Assembly (NCBI RefSeq): GCF_964188315.1
Contig: NC_135655.1
Location: 84,568,001 to 84,632,000, forward strand
From: Podarcis muralis
Taxonomy: Eukaryota
Length of the DNA stretch: 64,000 bases
Reading direction: 5' to 3'
Below the pieces are notes generated by a model. It saw only the letters and a list, made by a program, of their open reading frames with translations. It did no database searches and had not been told where the DNA came from. Shown here one piece after another: positions 13,972 through 26,326 of this stretch. The position numbers and the translations under genes were made by a program. Positions within the stretch are counted from its first letter, which is position 1; every line of letters begins with the position of its first letter.

Positions 13972-14319
13972 AAAAGGGTAAAGGGACCCCTGACCATTAG
14001 GTCCAGTCACGGACAACTCTGGGGTTGCGGCGCTCATCTCGCTTTATTGGCCAAGGGAGCCGGTGTACAGCTTCTGGGTCATGTGGCCAGTATGACTAAG
14101 CCGCTTCTGGCAAACCAGAGCAGTGCATGGAAACACTGTTTACCTTCCCGCCGGAGCGGTACCTATTTATCTACTTGCACTTTGACGTGCTTTCGAACTG
14201 CTAGGTTGGCAGGAGCAGGGACCAAGCAATGGGAGCTCACCCCATCGCGGGGATTCAAACCACCAACCTTCTGATCGGCAAGTCCTAGGCTCTGTGGTTT
14301 ATCCCACAGCGCCACCCGC
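13972..14319 (-). mobile_element. Sauria SINE, full length
   Basis: Reverse complement has the gcgggtggcgctgtgg head, the ...ccctttaccc tail and high identity to the copy at 46560; cactata repeated on both flanks. Confidence 0.9.
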
Positions 14320-14607
14320 TGCACTATACAGTATTATAAATGAATAAGTGGCCCTAGGTCCTGGCTAAGCATCACAAAGGCACAAATTATTTTACTTAAA
14401 TAAAATAAAAAGGTATTTGGCCTGTGTTGATAACCAAGTTGTAAATCATTAAGTATATATACCTGCAATAAATTGCCCTGGATCTTTACAAGTGGAAACA
14501 GTGGAAACACCTCTCCTCCATTTAGCGCAGACTGCAGACAATATTACAGGATTTGCACTGCAACACATATTCACTCTGTTATCTGCCCTATATCATCACT
14601 ACTAATC

Positions 14608-14807
14608 CAGGCATGTCCAAAGTCTGTTTCGGGGGCCTAATCCGGTCCACCTGCCGATTTAATCTGGCCCCTGTAGCAGTATATGTCCTGGGGTAAAATC
14701 CTTTTAAAAAAAGCTCCGCAACTTCAATCCTATAAGAAGCTCAACAACTTTGGTCGGCCCTCACGCATCAAATCTGGCCCTCTTTGAAAAAAGTTTGGGC
14801 ACCCCTG
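14608..14807. mobile_element. hAT-type MITE
   Basis: CAGG...CCTG termini; 8-bp flanks TACTAATC and CACTAATC (7/8). Confidence 0.75.
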
Positions 14808-16245
14808 CACTAATCCATGTTATGCACACAAGATCACCAGGACAAAAGGACAAAAGGGGGCTTTGTTTTTGAGAATGTCATTGTGGTATAATAGTGACAG
14901 GTTCAAATCCCTGCAAGGCCAGGTAGAGATTATTAATACATTGGAATATTAATACATTGGAATATTGTAAGAATATTAATACATTGATCCATATTCTGAA
15001 GGGAATTCCATTAAGTTTCCTTCCACCTACATATTTTTATGTCTTTTTAAGCAATGCCAAGGACATGCTTTATAGATATGCGCAATGGCTTTGCGGATGT
15101 CTGGACTGGTTACCCACAGCCATCCACCACTGAGTTGCTGTCTGGACTTGTAGTTCAAGAATGCAGATATAAAATAGCAGGAAGGCCGCTGTGAGAACAG
15201 GATGCTGGACTAGGTGAGCCATTGGCCTGATCCAGCAGGCTCATCTTACATTTTTGTGCTTAAGGGTCTAACCTCCCGATTCTGATCTCTGTATTCCAGG
15301 GTCTCTCTAGACTTTACTCTTCTCCATCTGCATCCCTGGAGACATAGCCCTCATTTGGCTTCTTCCACCCTCTTGCTGTGGAGTTCTGGATTCATCTTAT
15401 TGTTTCAGGAGGGAGGGAGAAGGTGCATGCTATCTGCATCATGAACTCAATACCTCTGGCTCTTCATACCTGCCCAAAGCCTCTGTTTCTGCCTCTGGCT
15501 GCCTTGGACATAGGAAAGGACAGCAGGACCTCTCCATCATCCTTTTGCATCTACCCTCTCTTGATGAGCATATACTGCAACCAATGACAATCTTCTGCAG
15601 ATTGTGATGTCAGGGGGGTGAGGCTGCAAGCTCTTGGTCATAGCCCAAGTGTATGGTACTTGGGAGGGGTTAGTAATTGAGGGAGGGGGACTCCAAGCCA
15701 GGGCATCACCATGTGACAACTAGAGGCTGGGATTCATCACAGACATGGAGAGGAAATGGTAAGGAATATATGGCACTGTGTGTGATCTGCTGTACGAAAT
15801 GAACGTATGAAACTGTGAAATAACATCATTTCTGTGGGTCCCTGAATAACACTGTTTTGTCATTGGCTTCCCATTGTGTGTAGGGTTGGCTAGGATCCAC
15901 CTGCAGCCAGACATGACAGGGCTCAGTTCTAGAACATGCAAAGAAATAATAAAGAAGAGTGTGTGTCTGAGCGTGTGTCAAGTATTCTTTTGCTCACCCC
16001 TGAGAAACTACCATCGATCTCCATGTGTCTGGGATGAATGGGCATTAATGTGTCAGAACACATGGCTTCCAAGCTAGTCTGAGTTGCATCATGGGGATTT
16101 AGAAAGAAACCTTTTCTTTACACGTGGTTACCCCAGGCACTCTGGACGACTTCCAGCATATATAAAAACATGATAAAACATTAAACATTAAAAAAACTTC
16201 CCTATACAGGGCTGACTTCAGGTGTCTTCTAAGACAGTACAGCTA

Positions 16246-16476
16246 CAGTGGTACCTTGGGTTACAAACACCTCAGGTTACAAACACTTCGGGTTACAGAC
16301 TCCACTAACCCGGAAGTAGTACCTCAGGTTAAGAGCTTTACCTCAGGATGAGAACAGAAATTGCACAGCGGAGGTGGGAGGCCCCATTAGCTAAAGTGGT
16401 ACCTCAGGTTAAGAACGGTTTCAGGTTAAGAACGGACCTCCAGAACAAATTAAGTTCGTAATCAGAGGTACCACTG
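16246..16476. mobile_element. Tc1/mariner (Tigger/pogo-like) MITE
   Basis: Terminal inverted repeats CAGTGGTACC...GGTACCACTG with TA on both flanks; internal ggttac/ggttaag repeats. Confidence 0.85.
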
Positions 16477-18689
16477 TACTTGTCTCCTTGGCTCAGGGTC
16501 GCATAACTCCACACCCTCCAACATTTTTTCAGTGAAAATAAGGATGTCCTAAGGAAAAGCAGGACATTCCAGGATCAAATCGGAAACCGGGACGGCTTCT
16601 GTAAATCCAGGAATGACCCTGGAAGATAGGGACACTTTGAGGGTCTGCAGTAAATGCCTGCTTAGTTAGGTGTATGGGAATCAGAGGTCGGTCCAATTAT
16701 GATGATCAGTTGGCTGAGGAATGTTATTTCCCTGATCATGAGAAAGCCCATAATTTTGAGGTGCCTTTGGGCTTCAAAGCTAGGGAAAAGCTGAGGTGGT
16801 GCCAGCAACTGATATTACAGAGGTGCCCCCCACAGTCTGTCACAATCTCATTTTTTTTTCAATGCCATAGAAAGCTAAATCTGTGAGTGTTGGACAAGTT
16901 GCTTTGGATAACAACCTAACCAGTTGTTCCTATTTGTGCTCACACTGTTGTTCCTATTTGTGCAGTTCACACTGCAATGAGTGCCTTGGTACCCTCCTGT
17001 TGTGTTTTTCGTTCTGGTTCATCCCAGAGGGAGATAATCCATGAATTTTCTCAAGCCAAACTGCTGGCATGGTTGTTAATAAGTGATGCATGTCATGTAA
17101 TGAATAGGTGCATATAATTAATAGGTAGTCATAGAGTGTCCCAGTGATTCCTGAGGTAGGAAGCTTCAGACAGGCCATAAAACAGTAATGATCGTGTTTG
17201 ACATACATCTCCTAAGAGATTTGTCCTGCTCTGCTCCTGTTTGCAGAGTGATGAATGGGGGGAAAATTATGCAACAACAAAAACAAACCTCTTGAAATAT
17301 GTCCATGCACTCAGTTACAACTCATGGCAGTCACAATCCATATTAGGGAAAATACCTTTAGCAGGTCAACCAAAATAGTGTACAAGCATTCGACTTCTCC
17401 AGAACTACATCAGGCTAGACGGCAGACAGAAAGCAGAGTAAGGGTAGGAAAAAGCCATGTGACCTGCATCTGATTACAGTCTCAAGATGGAGTGGGGGAG
17501 GTGGCAGTAGACATTCAAAACAGGCTAGTTCTGTACTAGTCAGGTATCAGGTTACACTAAGACCTCCTGGGGAAAAGAAGCATTCCTAATGGCTGATCCC
17601 CCATCTCTTCAATAATGAAACCTGAATAAAACCTGGATAATAGCCCCTTAATGTGGTGCCAGAGATAGTGGAATCACCCGCCTGTATACTTTGTAATTAA
17701 GTCTTTAATAATGTTTCCCACTAGTTTTCCCAGAATAGATGTTAAGCTAACCATCATATAATTTCCTGCCCCCCCCCCCCCCCGGATCCCTATCTCAAAA
17801 ATGGGTGTTACATTGTTCACTTCCTGTCATGGACATTTTATTTATAAGCAGGGAGGGAACAAAACTTCTGTTGTTCTAAACACTTACTAGGGAAGTAAGT
17901 TCCAGTGAACTCAGTGTGACAAATTCTGGATAAGCAGAGCTTCCATGTTCAAGAGCAGTATTCAACTGAATACCAGTTGATTGAGGCTGGGAGGTGCATG
18001 CCATAAGAGACCTACTCAGGGCTTTTCCCCCAGCTGGAACTCACCAGAACTCAGTTCTGGCACCTCTCAGGTTGGCGCCATTGCCATATAAGGTGTTCAT
18101 GGTGAGTTCCAACATCTCTTTTCCTTGAAAAATAGCACTGGGCCTATTGCCTTCATACCCATTTTTGAACTTACTGAAGACATATGGTTAGCCACTGTGG
18201 AAAGTCAAGTGCTGAACTAAGTTGTCCAGTAGTTTCATCCAGCTGAGGTCTTTGGATGTTCATATGTTGGCATTTTATGTAGGCATGGACAATCGGGGCA
18301 GAAATTATCAGAGTGTCGAGGAGGAAAAGTAAATGCTGTGGGGATAAATTCAGACAAAGCAGCAAGTGGCTTAAGTGTCATGGATACTGGGGACAGACAA
18401 CTATTTCAGCAAAAAGGATCCCTGGGCCAAAGCACCATTGTTCCTCTCCACATCAGCCCCTGGATACTCAGTGTTCCCATTGCTGCATCTGTTACGGTAG
18501 TTCAGGGATGGAAAACCTGTGACCCTCTCGATGTTACTGGATTACAACCCCCATCATCCCTTGCTGGCTGGGGCTGAGGGATTCTGGGAGTCCAGCATCT
18601 GGGTAGCCTCATAATAATTCCCATGTATCTTGTTGAGTAAGAGCAAGCACCAAGTATGAACAAATAAAATTTGGGTTCCTGACCCTTCC

Positions 18690-18695
18690 TTTATT
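18690..18695 (-). terminator. Candidate poly(A) signal, copy C
   Basis: AATAAA 48 nt after TGA at 18743. Confidence 0.55.
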
Positions 18696-18742
18696 GTACT
18701 CTCAAACACTCACTCCTGGAGGTGCCCAGCACTCATCCGCAC

Positions 18743-21700
18743 TCACAGGTTGTCTTGAAAGAGCTTGCACCAGCATTGGGAGCATCGCGGACAGGAAGAT
18801 GGGGCATTTAGGTCAAACATTTCCCCTTGGCTACTTAAATATGGAGACCAAGTCTTTCCATTATGAGCTGGAGCGTCAATATGTGGAAGAAGCATGCTCT
18901 TCCTTGGATTTAACTGGTTTATTCTATTCCAGGCTTGGATATTTTCCCACTGGTTTACTTGCATGGCCTGATTCGTTCCACGTGGTTTTCTTTTAGCCGG
19001 AAGTGGTGCTTGGCCAGCACCAGAGAACTCGGGGGCCCCACCAAAGAGAAACCTTGCTGTATTTTCTGCTGGGCCAAGCCAGACGGTAGCTGGCACCTTC
19101 CATGTATAAGCAGGCATAGTGCTCTCAGTGTGCTGGGGGTCTACTTTGTTACCTCTCCCATCACTGTTTTGGACCTGCACCTTGCTCTTCCCAGCATTCA
19201 GCTGCTTCTTCTGGACTGCCATGTTGTTCTTCACAGCATGCAACTCATTTTTCTGGACTTTCATCCTACTCCTCTCATCATTCAGTGCCTTCTTTTGGAC
19301 ATTAGCCTTGCTCTTCCCGGCGTGCGTCTTGTTTTCCCCAGCCTGCAGCTCACCCTTTTGGGAACGTTTTGCTTTTCCATCTTTCAACTTTGGCGATATC
19401 AACTTAGTCACCCTCCCTGACATCTCCTTACTTTTGATTGGTGAGGTTTTCCTCCTAGTGTACCTCAGGTGTCCAATACGTGGCTCCTGCTTGTCAGATC
19501 GTTCCTTCTGCCCAGCACACTGCTCTGTCCCACGATCAGGTTCACGTCCTGGATGGGATCTATGTTTCTGTGCTGAAAATTTCTCAGTTTGCATCTCATG
19601 CTTTCCAGGGGCAGCATCAGCTTCCCCACTCCGAAGCTTGTTCTTGGTGCTTGACTCTGACTTCTCATGCCGCTGTTTCGTCTTCCCTGTATGAAGCTTA
19701 TTCTCACCATGCAGCTCAGTTTTTAGCTTGGGAAGCTTAGCCTTCCCCGTATGGGTCTCCCAATCTTCGCTCTGTTGCCTGGCCTTTTCTGCATAGGCCC
19801 CATTCTTCTCAGTTGGGGCTTTCCTCTTCCCGTTGGTGCTCTCGCTATTCTCCACAAGAGGTTGTTTACCAGACTTGCTGCTCCTAGTGTGCAATGCGCT
19901 GTTCTCGACAGGCAGGTTTTTCTCCCTAGTCTGCAATCTCTTTCTCCCATCCTGGGTCTGCTTACCCTTCCCGACTGGAAAATCCTTTTTCTCAGGAGAC
20001 AATTGGTAATGCTTTGCCCGGTGTCTTTTGTGAGGCTTTCTACGTGGATGCAAAGGAAGGGGCTTGCTAGGCTTCTGACCTGGATCGTTGGACTCAGAAT
20101 CTGACTCTGAATTCGGTTCACTGGATTTGGAGCTTGACCTGCTACACTCAGAACTGGACTCAGAACTGGATTCATTAGACTCATCAGAGTTCAAGGTGGA
20201 ATAATGCTCTGAACTCGACGACTCATCATCAGACTCAAATGTTGAGTCATCATACTCAGAACAAGAGCTCTTGTCATTCTCCACACTCAACTCGTCATCC
20301 TGAGAACTTGGTTTGTCTGGCTTGGTGTGGTCTTTCTCGTCTACCGTATTACTCTTGTGTTTCTCATGGGCAGGCATCACACCTGCAATAAACCAAATTT
20401 TTAGTCTTGTGACTATTTTGCTCTGTTCACAGGACAAATCTAAGCCTGATTTCTATGCAGTGGAAACAGTTGTCTGTAGTCTGTCAGACTGTAGTCTGAC
20501 AGGTTTTTCACCTTGGTTCCTTCTGCAACAACCGCCATGTTAACGGGGGGATAAGTCCCCTTTCTTATAAGCACACAGAAAATTTAATGTTCAAGGATGA
20601 ATCTTCAGGCGCATAACAAATACATTTCCTTTAGTTAGTAGAACTTAAGCATTTCAGAAAAGAAGATAAGTGAAATTAAAAGCATAAGTCACAATTTAAT
20701 ATATCAGAAAGATACTTATACCCAACGTCCTTTGAAGGAGATGCATTTTTCTAATCTTTCTCAATTATCAAAGAAAAACAAGACTGCATTCCACAAAATA
20801 TACAACTTCTTGAAAGGATCTGATAATCATATGCCCGAAGTACATACAATGCAACTCCTGCAACAATTTTGATTAAACATAGCTTACTATCATCAAAGCA
20901 AAATAATTTTAGCAACATCTAATAGAACTACATCAAATACAGTTTCTTTTTTTAAAGTGTATATGGATGTAAGTTACATAGATATATTGTATTATAAAAA
21001 GCTAACTGGTACAAAAATGTGTTTGGCTCACACCTGAGCATAATAAAAGTATAAGTTATAAAAATAGCATTGCTGTGAACACAACTTGTTCAAATAAACT
21101 ATACAGGTGTTTTGATTAAGTCAGGCTGATTCAATATTTTCTCCTAAAAGGAGACAAAAGCATTTCGTTGCAAGATAGGAAATGGGGAATAGTGATGTGC
21201 TAGTTTGACACACAGGTCTAGGCTACCTTTGAAGGATGTTACAAAATCAGAAAGATGTCTTTGATTTCCATGTTAACAACTTTAATTGTGATGCTTTATG
21301 GCAAGGTAAATTAGCTTATAGGGCTTGTTCTAGTGTTTCCAGAACCAATCAAAATGGATGCAAAAATGAGTTCAGAAGTGAGCCTATTTGCCACAGTTTA
21401 TTTAATGGACAGTTCAGTTTGTGGCCTGGGATACTCAGCACTTCCATCTTACCTGAAGGCAAAAGTCAGCAAAGCTCATGTGCAAACCACACCATATTTC
21501 CTATAAGACCCCAGGGTGTCTCTTAGAGACCACCTGGTGAGCCCATTACAGTATTCTGAAGTGGTCAGGGCTCTTTGCATCATTAGACCCAAGTTGTTCT
21601 CTGTTCATTCATAGATAGATGGATCATTGAATTAACATATATGACAATACAAGCAACAGAAGACAAGATTAAATAACAATGGATGACTCATCAGTTAATA

Positions 21701-24700
21701 TATCATGGTGGTTAAAGTTTATTCTAATAGTTAACTTTTCCTATTGATCCCAATGGTATCTGTAGTGGTAGGATCTTACCAACCTCTACACTTCCTTCTC
21801 CTGTTTTCTGACTCACTACTGGGACATTCTGCTCTATAACTCCACCCACTTCTACCCACTTGTATCCTGCTCCTCTAAGGGAGCCCTGTCCCCCTTTGAC
21901 CCTTTCATTCTCCTCTATTTCTATACTGCCTATGCTTTCTCCACCTTCTCTGTCTTCCTTGTCTTCCTCCTCTCCCTTGCCTTCTACTTTAGCTCCCTCC
22001 TTCCCAGTTGCATCCATTATCCTCCTCTGCTAGCTTCCAGTCTCTCCTGCTTTCTCTTTAACCTGCTTCGGATGCACCATCAGTCCTGCTTTTATTCTCT
22101 GGCTGTTCAGGCATCTCTACAGCTTTAGTGATGCTACCTTGCTCTGCCTGACTCACCTGCCAGCCAGACTGTCGGGCTGCAGGGCAGGCAGACGAGCTGC
22201 AGCAATGCTAGTTCTCAACAGCATGTTATACCCTTAATTGGAAAGCAAGCTTGGGCTCAGCTGGGCAAACACCTGCTTAAGCAACCTTCTGGCCAGCTAA
22301 GTAACTGGTTCTCCATGAAGGAGTTGAAATTTCAAGCATAAGACTGAGAAAGTGTGTTATTAGCCAACGGGGTTTTGTCCCTTTTATTTTAGACTTCAAA
22401 CATGTTTGGAAACATCCATTGTACATATTTTAAAACTAAAACTAAATTCTAAATAATATATGCAGATAAACCGGGCACTGCTCATTAACATCTCCTAGCT
22501 ACTGATGCCTGCTTCACTCAAAATAGTGCTTCCCATCTTTAAATGTTCAAATCCCAGAGGGAGAGATTCTGGGGAGCAGCAACTGCAAATGGCGCTGTGT
22601 GCGTCTGGCCTATTGTTGGATGGAGGACACTACTGGGAAGGCAGCCAACAATAATTATGCAAAGGAAGGGGTGGAAACTGTTTATTAGATATGCCAGATA
22701 CCAGCTTTTTAGCTCTTCTATAGGTCGAACCAGCACTTGAATCGTGGCTCCAAGGTTGTAAAAAGTCAGCCAACACATTCTGCACAAGCTACAGCTTTGG
22801 AACAGTCGTCAAGGGAAGTTCCACTTGGAGTAGCTAAGCACAAAAGGCTATGCAGTGCAGGTTACTGAGAGCTGAAAAGCTATGAAAATTAAAAAGTACA
22901 TGACATGCTTTGAAATAGGTTATAAACCTGTAACAGAGTGGTGGGCAGGAATAAGGCACCCACAACTGAGCTAGCCAGCTAACACCCAGCATGTCAATAC
23001 AGCACTTTCTGTCATGCATCAGATAATGATTTTGATTATGCTCGATCTGATCTCTGTCTGCCAGGTCAACCAGAGGCAAACAGCATTCTTATATTAATTG
23101 TGTGGCCTCTGGCTGGCTGACCCAGGATTCAGTGCAGGTCAGCTGAGCTGACAACCTCAGTGGGATTAAGTCAAAGCTGGATCCAATTAGAAAGATGTTT
23201 CACTCTTTCCCTTCCGCTGCCTTGGGTCCCAAACACATGCTACAAGGAACAAGTGGCTGCTGCTGATCTCGGTCTCCCTGGTAACATGTAATTAAAGAAG
23301 AAGTGCCATGTGGCATCATCACACTCTGAATTTCTTCACCCCTGCAAGCAGCACCCAATGACAAGGCACTGGAGCTCTACTTTAGCTAAAGATTACCGGG
23401 GCAAGATAGGAAAGGCAGGTCACTGGCTGCCACACATTCCTCATCGCATGTTATTTGGCCAATGGTTGCAGCTGTGTGGATCAAGAAGAACTCCACAAAG
23501 ACACTCCTCATGGTGGCTTTCTCCATTTCCTCTCAGGAACATGAGACTGAATTGTGAAATTACTCACCTTTTTCATTCTGTCTGTTCTGGAGGGAGCAAT
23601 CCAGGTTACGCTTGTTTGCTGAAAGGCAGAAGATATACCTGAAAGTTCTCCAGCCCTGCTGCAGCCAGCTGAAAGCACTTGGCTCAGGATTTGGAAAACT
23701 ACCACTCCTCTAGGCACAAGGCACCCATAAAACGGAAACTTATTGTATTCCCCCTCCCCCCCCGGTGACTAACCAGCTTTTTAAGAAGCTTACAGTTAGG
23801 GATAAACAAACCTGCCAGTTTCAGTTTCTCTCCCTTTTTTTAGTTTTTCCATCTTTAAATTCAATTCACCACATTCCTGCACCAGTTTGCGTTTCTTTTT
23901 TAAGTCTATGTGAAAATTCATCGACATTTCTTCTAATATCTGTATGCAATTTTGCCTAGTTTTTGCAAGCTATTTTCTCTTAACATGAATCATTTTTGTT
24001 TGTTGTTTTTGCTATATGCATTTTTACTTTCCTCTAATGTATACACAGGTGTTTAGGGGTTGTTGTTGTTGTTTTCAGAACTGCATTGCAAAATTCAGAT
24101 AAGTGTGAATGTTGAAGGACAGCTGCATTTTGGCTTGTGTTTTGGTTTGGGAAGCGCGAATAAGGTAGAGTTGCATTAAAATGCAACCTGAAACAAATTT
24201 ATGCCCCTGTCCATAGTTATAGTCAATTGCAGCAGCATAGGGAGCCATGAAAATGTGCAGAAATGCTGGCAGCTGTCTAAAGAAGAAGGCATATTGCAGG
24301 AGAGAAGCTCTAGGCACCTACTAATAGGACATGGACTGATGGCAAAACTGCATGTTTCCCTGCAGCTCTACTACTTCAGAAGAGCACCCCAAAGCAATTC
24401 CCCAAAAGGAGGATGGAAACATTGAGGCACGAATGGGACACCAGCCTCCTGTCCATGTAAACAAAGAGGGTGATGCCCCCAGATGTGTGTAGACTGCTGC
24501 TCTTTATCTATTGGGTTTGGGCCAGTCTGACATAAGGTGGGTTATAGCAATGGCGTCACAAAGTTTGCTTTAAAAGAAAAAGAAAAGTGGGCAGAGAAAA
24601 TAGTGTGGGTATATACTGGTGCCATTTCTTGTTTGCCTCTCCCCCTGCAAGCCTGGGAATTGCAGTTTGGCACAGGTGCTAAGAGAGATCTATCACCGTC

Positions 24701-26326
24701 TGGTTCCCACCCAGAACTGCATTTCCCAGGGAGAAGACGGTTAAGCCCGTAGACTCTTAGAGAGATCCAGAGAGAAGGAGAAGGGGAATATATATGTTAG
24801 AAAATAAATAAATGTGGGTCCCATGCTGCAGGTTGGGGTTAAGGATGCTTCTCAGGTGGGAAAAGACTGAAGATTACTGGTGTGGATTTCTAACCAGGAT
24901 TGCTTCAGTGCATAGGGCAGGTTGAAAAGACACTCTCCCTCACTCTCTTGCTGATCAGCAACTAGGGTCAACTTGTGTCTCATTGGGAAACCAAGGCCCC
25001 AGTGAAGTGAGAACAGCAGAAGGGTCTAGGAGTCAGAGCCCTTACAGTTTGACAGCACTTTGTATGCTTCCATTATCTCCTTTGACTTCTCTTCAGCTTC
25101 TTTTTTGTTATCTGGGTTTTTGTCAGGATGCCACATCTTCAGTTTCGCTCTGTACCTGTTCAGTTAAAGAAAAGGATGTAAAGAATTAGGTTCCTGATGG
25201 CCTGTTTATTTTTTGAGCAATTCATCCTGAAATTTGTGCAGAGGTTATACCACTCTGCCAATTGGTAATTATCTCCCACTTTCCAGTGCTCTCCCCATCA
25301 CTTTTTTTTTAACTGCAAAATTCTACAAATAGAACCAGGTTTGTTGTACAAGAGTACTGTAGTGCTCCTTGCTACTTATCACCCTGTACCCCTTCCTCAC
25401 AGGTGGGTTATGTAGATGCTATTTATTGCACAAAGGACATAAGATGGCATCTACCTGAATGGGTGAGAGATCTGTGCAAACCTCCTGACCGTCTGGAAAC
25501 AACTTAGTCTGTTTGGGACCACCCATTAACCACCTGAGCAAATATATATATTTTGGAATCTATTTCTGCAACTCAAAATCAAACACTTTGCCAACCCTAA
25601 AGAAGGAAAATGCTTACTTCATTGACTTCTGAAGGTATTAGAATTCAGTGCTTCTTCATTGCCCCAACATAACAAATCCCCATTCCTAGCCATTAAAAGT
25701 ATATATACATGTCCATTTCATAATAGGTGACTCAGGATTCAATGCTGGCTTCTCTTTTGAAAACAGCACATACTCTTTTGTTATCTCATCCACACAACCC
25801 ACCCACCCACCCATCCATCCATTCATTCATTCATTCATTCTCCCCCTCCTCTCTGTCCTATACACACAATGTTGCCTCCTCCCTTCCCTAGCTGCATTTA
25901 GGCCTCACGAAACCTTCCTACTGAAGCCAACAGAAGAGTTTCTCCAGCCTAAATAAGTATGATGCAAAGGCATTTTTGGCAAGGGGGAAGGTTAACTTTT
26001 CCCTCCCTAGCTGTGACTCTGGCTTGAAAAGAAATCAATTAGGCTTGAAAACAAATCCTATTGGCTTCAGTAGGAAAGTCTTTTGAAGCCTAAATGTGGT
26101 GCTGGGGATGAGGAGGGAAGAATGGAGGCTGTGAGCCAGACAGAGCTGCCTCAAGGCTGGCGGTTCCTCGGGCGAACGGAATGCTCTGAAGGCTGACTTA
26201 CGCCGTTTTAATGTCGTGATGCGTTGCCCCCTGGGGAATGCCCAGGACTTCATAATAGTCCTTCTCATCTTTTGTCTGTCCTGTTGAGAGACTTGGAGGG
26301 ACACTGGGGTGTCTTGGCTGACCCAT
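18743..26326 (-). CDS. DNAJB2-like paralog, array copy C: divergent J-domain plus very long low-complexity tail (~641 aa minimal model)
   Basis: Exons 26326-26202 (MGQPRH...[20 protein letters not shown]), 25155-25046 (110 nt, [36 protein letters not shown]), 23618-23568 (51 nt) and a 1640-nt terminal exon 20382-18743 (acceptor tttattgcag|GT GTG ATG; open to TGA). Phases are compatible. No clear G/F or S/T exons found; internal structure between 23567 and 20383 is uncertain. Confidence 0.7.

Noticed and set aside
14933-14985. Short 17-bp tandem repeat (attaatacattggaat)
   Set aside because: Only two to three units with no unique spacers; a simple local duplication, not CRISPR-like.
19119-20104. 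Hydrophobic plus-strand ORFs (191 aa and 117 aa) resembling membrane proteins
   Set aside because: Antisense shadows of the Lys-rich copy C exon; no splice or promoter support.
20560-21060. AT-rich stretch with weak reverse-transcriptase-like wording
   Set aside because: No catalytic motif identifiable by eye; cannot be supported without a profile search.
26035-26304. ORF containing RITT and AFRSPEE, superficially like DNAJB2 motifs
   Set aside because: Wrong frame of the copy C J-domain exon running into the intron; resemblance judged coincidental.
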